A stretch of 64,000 nucleotides of DNA from Camelus dromedarius (taxonomy: Eukaryota): the NCBI RefSeq assembly GCF_036321535.1, contig NC_087437.1, forward strand, positions 121,148,001 to 121,212,000, given 5' to 3'. Positions 36,263 to 46,591 of this stretch are shown here, one piece after another. The position numbers and the translations under genes are program-made. Every line of letters starts with the position of its first letter. The first letter of the stretch is position 1. Below the pieces are notes generated by a model that had not been told where the DNA came from, did not search any database, and was given only the letters and a program-made list of their open reading frames with translations.

Positions 36263-37489
36263 AGCTGCGTCTCCCTGGTCACGGCAGCCGAGCCTTGCCA
36301 CGAAGGTCTCCACCCTCCTGCTCTGCCCTTCACGGGAGCGCGCCCCCAGGGCCCCACACTGATCTCTAGCTAGTCACCGAAGACGGAGCCCAGCTCCCAG
36401 AGGGAGCCTGAGCCAGGAACCCCGCAGAGGCTGGCTAATAAATGGGTCCATCTAACATCCCCTCCAAGGAAACCATCACTAGCACACGGCTGGGGACGGC
36501 GTCCCGGGAGGAGACCTGAGGGGCAGCGCAGTGAGGTCACAACTCGGTAGGTGTGCGGATAAACAGATACTAACCGAATAGATCAATGAGAAAGCTGACC
36601 AAGTAGTGGGGCTAGGAAAAACTCGGGGTAAAACGAGGGCCCTGGACAGACGTTGTGGGTCAGTGGACGACTTCTGCTTTCATTCACAGGGTAGGGGTGT
36701 GGCCAGCCCCTAAAACGTAGAGAGCAGAAAGGCTGAAAGTAAAAGGAGAGAAAAAAGCACGTCCAACCGAAGCCATCCGGTGCAATTATCTCAGCAGGCA
36801 AAGCGCACTTTACGGGAGAAACACTGCCCCGGATGGAGATGCACTCTGGCCCGTGGTAACACAGTTCAGTGCGCCAGAGACGCAACAGTATTCAACCTCG
36901 ATGCGCCACAAACGGTAGCCTCAAAATGGCAAAACCTGGTGCATTCCAAGGAGGAAAGATGAATCCTGCGTCACGGGAGAGACTGTGACACACTTTCCTC
37001 AGAGCAAGCTGACCAACAGCGTTAAAGGTCAATTTATTCAGAACCTGAGACTTTTCCAGTATTTTTCTTCACTTTAGACAAAGCTTGCTGAAATGAGACT
37101 TTGGCTAATTAATATTTAGGGAACATTTTGTCACAAAGAACTTCCAAATTTATGTGGAAACATCCATTTGTGGCCTAAAACTTGTGCTCGTGGTATGTGC
37201 ACATTTGAATCTTTACATCCGTTAAAGAAAAGTGTCAGCTCTGTTGCCCCAAAACAGCTCCCGTCACAAGGCGCTGCTCAGCTGTGACGCATCAGAACCT
37301 GACTTTACTGTCACCTTAACCCAGGGGACTGCCTTGCCCTTTTTGCTTTTTTCCACAGTATGACTTGTGGAAAGCACTTCTGCTGTTTTCCAAAGTTCTC
37401 GTATGAAAAGTGTCACGGAAAAGCGGTTAAAACCGTTTAACTGACACAACGCTGTAAACTGACTACACTTCAATTGAAAAAACATTCAG

Positions 37490-38050
37490 TACAGAAATAG
37501 CAGAATCGTGGGCAGAAATTAATGAAATGGGAAACACATCACCCAACAGAGCAAGGACGGTTCTCCGAGAAGACGGACCCTTGGCCTGTGGGATTGGCTG
37601 GTGGGGCAAAGGGGAAGGCGCCCCAAAGACTCCTGGGAAATGAGAAATTACAGCAGAGCCACAGACATAACAATTTTAAAAAATTATCAGTGACCATTAC
37701 AACTTTATCCCAATAAATTATCTAAAACACATAAAACTTACCAAAACAATTTTTTTAGAAATCTGAGGTGAGGAGGGTACTGCTCAGTGGCAGAGCGCAG
37801 GCTTAGCGTGCACAAGGTCCTGGGTTCCATCCCCAGTGCTTCCGCTACAATAAATTAAGTGAATAAACAGACAAATCTAATTGCCTCTCCCCCCAAAAAA
37901 CAAATGAAAAAAGAAATGTGATAACCTGTAACCACTAAAAATTTGAATCAAGAGTTAGAATCCACCAGCCAAGCTGATACCAGACCCAGACATTCAAGGA
38001 GTAAATAGCTCCAAACTGCTATAAACTCCTCCAGGGAATTCAAAACTAAG
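37490..38050 (+). mobile_element. Degenerate L1 ORF2 relic interrupted by a SINE
   Basis: aatagcagaatc…ttctccgagaagacggac…cccaataaattatctaaaac…agaaatgtgataacctg. Confidence 0.5.
37767..37911 (+). mobile_element. tRNA-derived SINE
   Basis: ggagggtactgctcagtggcagagcg…gtcctgggttccatcccc. TSD agaaatctga / agaaatgtga. Confidence 0.9.
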
Positions 38051-39881
38051 ATAGCTCCTGCCCGCCCTCCCTCCCTCCGAGAGCTGGACCCACTCGAGCG
38101 CCAAAACGAAGACAGCTGATAAAAGAAACGTGTGCAGGTGGCTCCACTTACAGAAGCTCAGAACCACTCAAATCATTGCTGCCGGAGGTCCGGGCAGCGG
38201 TCCCTCTGGAAGGTGGGGGCTGGGAGGGGGACTGGAGAGTCCAGGACCGGCCCTGGAGAGCTGGCCTGCCACGGCTCTGGCCCTGACTGGGATCTCAGGC
38301 TGTGGCGTGACATCTGGTCCCCTGCGGGCTGGAGGGGAGGGCGGGCCCGCTGGAGGCTCTCCGGGCTGGCCGGGGGTGGGGGTGGGGGCGATGGTCTCAT
38401 CCACAGGGCGGGGCTCTCTCTACTGCTGACAAAGTATATCTCAAGCCCCACCCATCTTGGGTCTTAGAAAAGCTCCAAGGAAAACTCATCACAAGAAAGC
38501 CCCAAAACAAAGAGTCTGGAGCCCATGGGTGCTTCTGAGGAGCGGGTGGGGAAGTCAGTTTCCTGGTCTCCGGCCGCTGCCTGTAGCTTCACCTGCAGGC
38601 TGGGCTCCCCCTGGGGCCTGAGGCGGGCTCCGTGCACACGGCTCCCTGCCCTGCGCTCCTGCACGCCGTCCTCCCCTCTGCCGGACAGACAGACGGAACG
38701 TGAGCGCTTTGCATGCCGCGGAGGTTGGCTTGCCCCACACAGAAAGGTCATGGATGCCAGCGGGTGGGGACGGGACAAGGACAGTCCACAGCCAGGCCCT
38801 CCCGCCCACAGTCCCCTCGGCACCCACACCCGGCCACCCACTGGGCAGATTTAAGCTGACACAGGCCCACAACAGGGCAGCCGGAGGGGCCCAGACCAAC
38901 GCACCGCGCACGGGAGGGAACAGCCGTAGCACAGAGTGAGAAGGGCGAGTCCCCCCGAAGGTCACAGTCAGGGTGATGTCCTATCACCATGCAAACTGCT
39001 GAATCCGAATTACACCTTTTGGGAACACAAAGAGACGTGACTCAACTCCGTTTTTTCAAAGGTGACAGACAGCGAGCACACGTTCCCAGCCTAAGTCACT
39101 GATGTTCTGCTGTCCACGTGAGGGTTATTATAGCACAATCAGCAATAATTGATCATCAGTTGATTGATTAAAAATGAGTCATACGTGGACCGGTGATGGA
39201 AGTGAGTCACGAGCTGAGGACCAGAGCTGCCCCAGTTCTGCAACCCTGATGCCCAAAGGAGCCAAAGCTGCCCCCCTGGGCTCAACTCTCCCTGACACAG
39301 GACACAGGACATCTTCCGACAAGATGGGGCAGCCCGCACTCACTCCAGGAGGCAGGACCCCACAGCTGAGGGGAAGATCAGCCACGGAAAGACGGCGAGT
39401 CCCTGCCCGCGCCACTTGCTGAGCACAGAAGGTATGACGTCCCGGGCCACTCCCTCCTCCCAAGACCGCCCTTCCCCCACCCCCCCACCATGAGCCACAG
39501 TGGAGCAGCAGGGATCACTGCAGAGGGGACCAGCCCCAAATCCTGGGTAACAGACTGGCCAGCCAGAAAACTGAGAGATGAAAGAAAGACAGGAAGAGAT
39601 TGCTGCCTCGGAAAAGCTCGATTTATTTGGCTCGTGAGGTGTGGCTTCCTGTCGGAGCCAGAGAAAGCTGCTGGGAACCAGGGCTTCCCAGAGGGGATGT
39701 ACAAGTTTACTGAAGGATCCAGATCATCTCAGCACATTTCCCTCCCCCGGAGGTCAGGGGGTTGGCAGAGCACGCTTTCCATCTGCCACGTGCAGAACCT
39801 GGAGGTCAGTCGAGGACTCGTGCCAGGAGGGACACAGGTGTGGCCCCATCTGCACTGGAGATGCTGGGAGGAGGCTCGCGG

Positions 39882-40109
39882 TCAAAGGTAGGAGGGGGTG
39901 CTACAGGAGGTGGGTCTGCAGACCAGGGTGGGGCAGGAGGGCTGGAAGCACCCGGAGGACAGGCAGGAGGGGGTCACACACACGACTGGCTTGTAGCTCA
40001 CGGGCACATGCACTGGCCTGTATCTCACGGGGACATATACAGCTGGCCTGTAGGTCACAGGCACGCAGCTGGACGCCTGGCAGCCGGAGGAGCAGCTGGT
40101 GTGGCACAT
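39882..40109 (-). CDS. KRTAP12: KRTAP12-family protein (gene F), 75 aa
   Basis: MCHTSCSSGCQASSCVPV…TPSCLSSGCFQPSCPTLVCRPTSCSTPSYL. TATAAA at 40184-40179; AATAAA at 39627-39622; inverted paralog of gene D. Confidence 0.88.
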   Translation of the reverse strand: MCHTSCSSGCQASSCVPVTYRPAVYVPVRYRPVHVPVSYKPVVCVTPSCLSSGCFQPSCPTLVCRPTSCSTPSYL

Positions 40110-40178
40110 GGTGGCTTAGGTCTGGGCTGGCGTCGGGAGGAGGGCGGTGATGTCTGCAGCCTCCCTCCCCGGGCGGCC

Positions 40179-40184
40179 TTTATA
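40179..40184 (-). promoter_or_regulatory. TATA box of KRTAP12 gene F
   Basis: Minus strand gggTATAAAgg, 75 bp before the ATG, same context as gene D. Confidence 0.85.
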
Positions 40185-41699
40185 CCCGGGCCGTGGGCGT
40201 CCCGACCACACAGACCCAGCTGTTGACTTCCTTGTTTCTGCTTCTTCCTGGCAGTTTCCTAGGACGCAGTTTTCTGCTGTAGATTTTCTGACTAATTAAT
40301 TAGACCCCCTGCGAGCTCTTGTTACACGTGGCAGCCTGCCCAGCTGTCTTACTGGCGCCGTCTGGATTCTGCCTTGTTCCTCAAAATTTCATCTGAGCAA
40401 CTTTTGAATGACTCTCCAGACCTCCCTCCCTCTGGGATGCTGGTCCTCCTCCCCATGTCCAGCTGGCTCCCCAGCGGATCCCCAGAGTGTGTCTGCCTGG
40501 TCCCGGGGTGTCTGGGCCGCCAAGCAGGAGGTGGAGTGCCAGCGGACACACAGGAAGGATGCAGGGACCCCTTGCCCATGGGGTCCTGAGGATAAAGGGC
40601 GCAGGTCACAGAGAACTTATGGTGGGTGGTGACCTTGGCTGCTTGTCCTGAGAAAGCCTTGCAGTTAGAAAAGCAGTATGAGAAGCCACCGAGATACAGC
40701 TCCGGGAATAGCAGGAGCCAGCATATCCCTAGGGAAGTGTGTACGAAGCAGGGGCCTTGGGGCGGCGGCAGGCGGGGTGCAGGTGGCTTGTGGATGGTCC
40801 GCGGGCGCCACCTGCACCCCAGCAGCCGGCACAGTCTCTGGCCTACAGAGGTCAAGGTGGGCCCCGTGGGACTCGGGCGAGGGGCCAGCTCGTCTGGCAG
40901 CATGTTGACCAGCCACGGTGAGGGCGCGCAGCTGCTTGCGCTGGACACCGCCCGCTCCCTCTTCCCTGGGGCTCTGGCCTGTCCCCTGCGTCCCCAGAGC
41001 TGCCTCCGGCACCACTCTGCCCGCCCGGATGCTCTGGCTGTAAAATCTGGATGTGCACTTGGATAGCCCTCCCTACCGCTTTTATCAAGAATTCAAGGGT
41101 CTCCACCTCCACCCTTGACAGCGAGGAAGCTTTGAGAATCTAATGCAGACAATGGTGTTTCTGAAAAAACCCTTGTAAGAGGCTGCTGAGTTGAAATGTA
41201 AGAGGCTTTATGAAATTTTCTCCTAAGGCCAGGTCCCTGACGTCTGGCGCACAGCTCCACACAGTTCAGGCACCACACAAATGCACACACGGCTGAGGCC
41301 AGACAAACACTCCCGCGCAGGGCCTGTCCGTGAGGGGAACACTGTTGCCCACGCCTGAGCTCTCGTCCATAAAGAGACACCCTCCAGCACTCCCGCCCCT
41401 CGGCTCCCTCCACTGCAGGCGGGAGAGGGTCACCCGCTGGGTGACTCTGGGACAAGGAGGGGACCAGTCTGCCTGGGGAGAGCGCTTGCTGTGGTCAGCC
41501 TGGCCAGGGCATTCCCAGCACAAAGACCTCCCTGCCTGGGGCTGGGGGTCCCCGGGACGGCCTGACGGGAGAGCCTGCCTCATTCTGTCCTAGAAGCCAC
41601 ATGCCTGTCCGAGTCCTCCACTCGCAGGCGAGTTTACCCCTGCCTGCCTGATAGCTGCCTCTCCACTGGCTCCTCACTGAAGCAAAGACGAGAGACACC

Positions 41700-43560
41700 C
41701 AAAGACCTGCTCCAACCACAGCCTCTGCTGCAGGGCCCAGGAACCTTCTGGTACAGACAGGAGTTGAACATGGAGATCAAAATAATACTGGGAAAACTCG
41801 ATGGAGTGACTGGTACCAGACCACTGAAGAAAACACATGAGACATCCACTTCTGGGCAGTGGTCAAGACACAGCAGTGACTGTGACTCCTGAGAGGGAGG
41901 AAACCCGCAAGACGGCCTCCACACGTGCCCAGCTCCCAGCCTGGGGTCAGCCTCCCAGGTGCAGTGCAGTGAGCTGGGGTTTGGGCAGGACATGAGGCCG
42001 CACTCTGCTGAAGAGGAAAAGACCCGTGGTTGGCACTGGAAGCACCTAGAATCTGAGGAGTCGAGCATCAGAAAGGAGGGGCTGCGTGCAAGTCCCCTGT
42101 AAATCTGCCGGAGGGAGGGGCTGTCTATACGTAAGGCAAGGCCACTGGAGGCTGCCAAGAAACTGCTACAGGACTGAGAGTGGAGCTCCTCTGGCATCCC
42201 ACTGACACCCCATCTAATCAGCACCCAAGGAATAGGGGTCCCACTCTAGATCTGCCCTAACGAAGCCCAGCCAATCCATGACAGGATTTCCAGGGAAGAC
42301 AGCTTGGAAGTTGAATCTCACCAACACATAGAGCTTTCCACAGGTCTGCTCCAACAAAGTGTAAAAGCAATCCTGCACAAACAAGTTCAAGGTGGTCAGT
42401 TAGTAATTGACTGTCTGCTAGAACAAAAGTGAACAATCAGTAAAACAAGAGAATGCAGGCTCTCCAAATGTATTATCATAATTGCTAATATACAATCAAA
42501 AATCACTAGACATAAAAAGATGCAGGAAAATGTAATCCGCAGTTAAAGAACAAAACAATAGTAATGCAGCCTCAGCTGGTCCAAATATTGGTTTTGCAAG
42601 CCATGGCATTAGAGCAGCTATTTGTTTAAAGACTCAAAGGAAGATATGCTCAAAGAAGTAAAGGAAAATGTTATGTTCATGAGTGAATAGGTTCTCATGA
42701 GGGAATCTCAGCAGAGGAATGGAAACATTAAAAACGGGAATTCTAGAACCAAAACCACAATAGCTGAAATAAAATATCCACTTGGTGGACCTAACAGCAG
42801 ACTGAAGACAGAAACAGAAAGAGTGAGTGAAAGCAAAGATGCAGCAGGAGAAATTATCCAGTCTGACGGGAAAGAATGCACAAAAGTGACAAGACCTGCG
42901 ACCTGCGACAGCATCAAACAGTCTGACACACACGTAAGCTCAGCCTCAGAATGATATCAGCAAGAATGATATCGAAGCACAGAAGTGTTTTGAAGAAATA
43001 ATAGACAATTTTCCCAAACTTGATTTAAAGCAACTTACAGATCCAAGAATCTTAGTAAACCCAAAGCAGGATAAATACAAAGAACACCACACCTGGCCAC
43101 TGAATAGTGATAAAAACCAAAAGTTAAAAAAGAAAAAAGAAAAGAAAAGAAAGAAAAATAAAAAACTTCAAAGCAGTGAGAGAAAAAACACTCCACAAAC
43201 AAGAGAAAAGACAACAACAGCTGACTTTTTGTCAGAAACAATGGGAGACAGAGGACAATGGAATGATATCAGTAAAAAGCTGAAGACAAAAATTGCCCAT
43301 CAGGAATTCTGTATCTAGAAAGAAAACCAATAAAATGCACCTAAACTATCCAAAAACAGAGAATTCTATATCCAGCACTCCACCTTCAAACCTGAGGGCG
43401 AAGTGAAACAGTTTCAGAGAAACAAAAGTGAGAGAACGCCTCAGCAGCGGACTTGCCCTCAAGAAATACCAAAGGAGGTCCTTTAGGCGGAGCAGAAATG
43501 GGCCCAGGGAGGGTCCGCGGGAAGGGCCGGGGCCCAGGGACGCTGGGAGGCACGTACGGA
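41700..43560 (+). mobile_element. Old L1 5' region + ORF1 relic
   Basis: aatagctgaaataaaatatccacttggtggacctaacagcagact, gaaataatagacaattttcccaaacttg, gacaatggaatgatatc, caggaattctgtatctag (ORF1 motifs). Confidence 0.75.
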
Positions 43561-44214
43561 CAGGAGCCTCGCTCTCCCTCTCCCAGTGACTGCCAGGAAC
43601 GAGGTCGCATACGGACATGCGGTCACACTGGGCTGCCCTAAACTCTCTCTGCTTTCCGCGTGATTTTGACTTGTGGTAAGAGCCAGAGGAGGCGCTGAGC
43701 CCACGGGTCGTGGCCTGTGCAGAGGCTCCAGGTCATTCGCCGTGTGGTCTCAGATCAGCTTGGTCCCTCAGGTTTCCAAGTTCTGACCATGTTTTAGCCC
43801 CTGAGCCTTGGGGTGACATCATTACCGTGGTGTCCGACTCGTCACGGGGCTCCCTAGGGGAGGCCCCTCCACCCACAGCAGCAGTCACGGGGGCCTCGCA
43901 CAGGCACGAGGGCCTCAGGGACACAGCCTCGGAGGAGGCTGCAGCACTGCCCTGAGAGATGGCCACACCCTGTGAGCGGCACCCACCGGAGAATGACGTG
44001 TGGCTGGCGTGTAGAGAGAACACAGGGCAGGCACACATGAGGAGCGCGTAATCCACGCTCCTGCCAGCTGCCCAGCCCGGGGAGGGGCACCGGGGCGTCT
44101 GACGCTGGCTGCAAGGCCGGGCTGATCAGACCCTCGGGTGGGGAAAGGAATCTGGAGGGTGGCTTAGCCCCCCCCCCCACTCAGGTCCCCCGGGATCCAC
44201 CCAGTGCTGCCTGA

Positions 44215-44612
44215 CGTGGGCGGACAATTCTGAGTTAGAAGCTCACGGTGGTCACCCAGTGAACTCTGATTAAGGACCTAGACCTGGGAGGTTATCCTGG
44301 GTGAGTGAGTGGGCCCGAAACTCCACCACAAGTGTCCTCAAAACGGAAGCAGCGCCTCCATCTTCACACAGACAAGGACAGGCAGCCAGCAGAGATGGGA
44401 GGGACGTGGCCACAAGCCAAGGATGCCTGGAGCCCCAGAGGTGGGAAGGGCCTCCCCTCCAGCCACACGCCCCCTGACGTCGGCTCAGTAAACCTGCTGT
44501 CAGACTTCCGGCCTCCAGGACCGGGGAGGGGGCAGATTTCTGTGGTTTTATCAATTTTATATGAGCAAGTGTGGGATCGTCTGTTACAGCAGCCACAGGG
44601 AACGGGTGCGAA
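44215..44612 (+). mobile_element. MaLR solo LTR (MLT1C/D-like)
   Basis: gattaaggacctagacctgggaggttatcctggg…ggccacaagccaaggatgcctggagcc…cagacttccggcctccagga…ttacagcagccacagggaac. Confidence 0.75.
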
Positions 44613-45838
44613 CGTATATGATAAACGTAGCTTCCATACTTTCTAAGTGTTCTGGCTTAAAATGTCATCAAGATGATACAGAAGTGATCATCACTGCAGA
44701 AACCCTCCACCCAAGGGGTCCCAGCCAGCTTCCCTCAGCCCCGCAGACGGCGCTCTTCACCTGTTCCCTGAGCCTGGCCTTCAGGGTCCACCCGATGTCC
44801 TGACCAGCCCCCTCACTTCCACAGTGGCTGTGCTGTCCCAGCCGCCCTGCCTGCCGGCCTCGCTGACCAGCGGAGGCCCCACGGGCACACTGCCACCACC
44901 CCCGACCTGTGCAGCTGCCCTGCCCGTCGCACCTGGCAGCATCTGACGCGAAGAGCATTGTGACACTGTTCCCTGGACCCCTGAGTGTCCCACTGGAGTG
45001 TCCCAAGAGCCCATGGACAGAGTCCAGGCTCAGCCCCCAGGAAAGATGCAGTGGAGGTGGGGCTGAGTCTGAGAAGACAGACGGAGAGGAGGGAGGGAAG
45101 GCAGAGAGAGCCCCAGCAAGCACGAGGCCTGATCGATCCTCAGGCACCGGGAAGCCTGAGCGGGAGCCCCGCTGTGGGGGTGAGAGGGGAACGCTGCCAG
45201 CCCCACCTGACTGAGCCTCGGCTGGGCCACCATGCCGGCTGCTGCGGCCAAAGCCACAGAGGTGCAGAGAGCCCGCAGGGTGGAAAGGAGACACACTCTG
45301 AGCAAGGGGGCCACAAACATCCCAGCCTCGGAGACGCAGGCTGTGTGGAAAACAGCAGAGAGTCTGCTTGTCTCGGCCGCGTCCTTCCCTCCGGCCAGGG
45401 CCCAAAACAGGGCAGCCGGCCACCGCCACCACCAGGACCTGCCCTGGTATCTCCACCCTCCCTCGTCTGCAAGGACTCGATGACAAATGCAAAAGAAAGG
45501 GAACCTCACGCCCCAGAAAGGAGCCACTTCCAGGTCCTAGAATCCAAGTTACCCCCCTTTCCGGATCACCAGGTCCCCAGGATGAGCGCCCAATGGCCGA
45601 GAGCACCCCGACACCCCCTGCCTCGTCTCCAGCTGACCTGGTTCTCCCACACCCACTCAGCACGTGGTCAGGACCCGCCCTGTGGCCCCAACACACAGCC
45701 GGGGCTTTTACGAGCTGGGCCGCATCTCCTGGGAAAACAAGCAGCCCTAATGAGGGAGCGCAGGACCCGGACCCAAACACCAACCGGGAAGGGCGGGCAT
45801 GGGGCCTCTGCTGGGGCAGCACGCGACACAGAGCGGGG

Positions 45839-45845
45839 TATAAAA
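45839..45845 (+). promoter_or_regulatory. TATA box of KRTAP10 gene G
   Basis: TATAAAA 87 bp before the ATG at 45926. Confidence 0.85.
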
Positions 45846-45925
45846 GCCGACCATCTGAGCACCTCACCCACACTCACACACACACACTCACACACACACC
45901 CTCCTCCAGCCCCATCGCCCCCGCC

Positions 45926-46591
45926 ATGGCCGCGCCCGCCCTGTCCACCTGCTCCGGCGACCTGAGCTACGGCAGCCGGGTCTGCCTGCCCGGTCCCTGT
46001 GACTCCTGCACCGGCTCCTCCTGGCAGGTAGACGACTGCCCAGAGAGCTGCTGCGAGCCCCCCTGCTGCGAGCCCCCCTGCTGCGCCCCGACCCCCTGCC
46101 TGAGCCTCCTCTGCGCCCCATCGAGCTGTGAGCCCTGCCCCTGCCCATCTGCCTGCACCAGCTCCTGCACAGCCTTGTGCTGCCCACAGTCTAGCTGCCA
46201 GCCCTCCTGCTGCACCTCCTCCCCCTGCCAGCAGGACTGCTGTGAGCCTGTGTGCTGCAGGCCTGTGTGCTGCAGGCCCATGTGCTGCAGGCCCGTGTGC
46301 TGCACACCTGTCTGCTGCAGGCCCGTGTGCTGCAGGCCCGTGTGCTGCACACCTGTCTGCTGCAGGCCTGTCTGCTGCAGGCCCGTGTGCTGTGAGCCCA
46401 CCCTCTGCCCCTCGTCCTGCTGCAGACCCTCCTCCTCCGTGTCCCTGCTCTGCCGCCCCGTGTGCAGACCTGCCTGCTGTGCCCCTGTCCCCTCCTGCCA
46501 GCCCAGCTGCTGCCGCCCGGCCTCCTGCGTGTCCCTGCTCTGCCGCCCCAGGTGCTCCCGCTCGGCCTGCTGTGTCCCCAACTCGGCCTAG
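45926..46591 (+). CDS. KRTAP10: KRTAP10-family protein (gene G), 221 aa
   Basis: The true start is gccATGgcc at 45926 (the track ORF from 45368 runs through the promoter). Nine central pentamers plus a duplicated CCEPP. AATAAA at 46954-46959. Confidence 0.94.
   Translation: MAAPALSTCSGDLSYGSRVCLPGPCDSCTGSSWQVDDCPESCCEPPCCEPPCCAPTPCLSLLCAPSSCEPCPCPSACTSSCTALCCPQSSCQPSCCTSSPCQQDCCEPVCCRPVCCRPMCCRPVCCTPVCCRPVCCRPVCCTPVCCRPVCCRPVCCEPTLCPSSCCRPSSSVSLLCRPVCRPACCAPVPSCQPSCCRPASCVSLLCRPRCSRSACCVPNSA

Noticed and set aside
40110-40128. TSPEAR exon 1 (signal peptide) spliced onto same-strand gene F to make a secreted KAP
   Set aside because: The phase-compatible AG (40128-40127) leads to an in-frame TAA at 40118-40116, and the other AG is out of frame. 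The equivalent splice into the 27.6-kb pseudogene also hits a TAG.
45368-45925. 186-codon N-terminal extension of gene G
   Set aside because: Crosses the promoter and TATA in GC-rich DNA with few stops. The homologous start is 45926.
44668-45965. 401-aa and 326-aa ORFs upstream of gene G; 390-aa ORF at 25442-26614
   Set aside because: No recognisable domain, partly overlap LTR or promoter DNA, explained by GC content.
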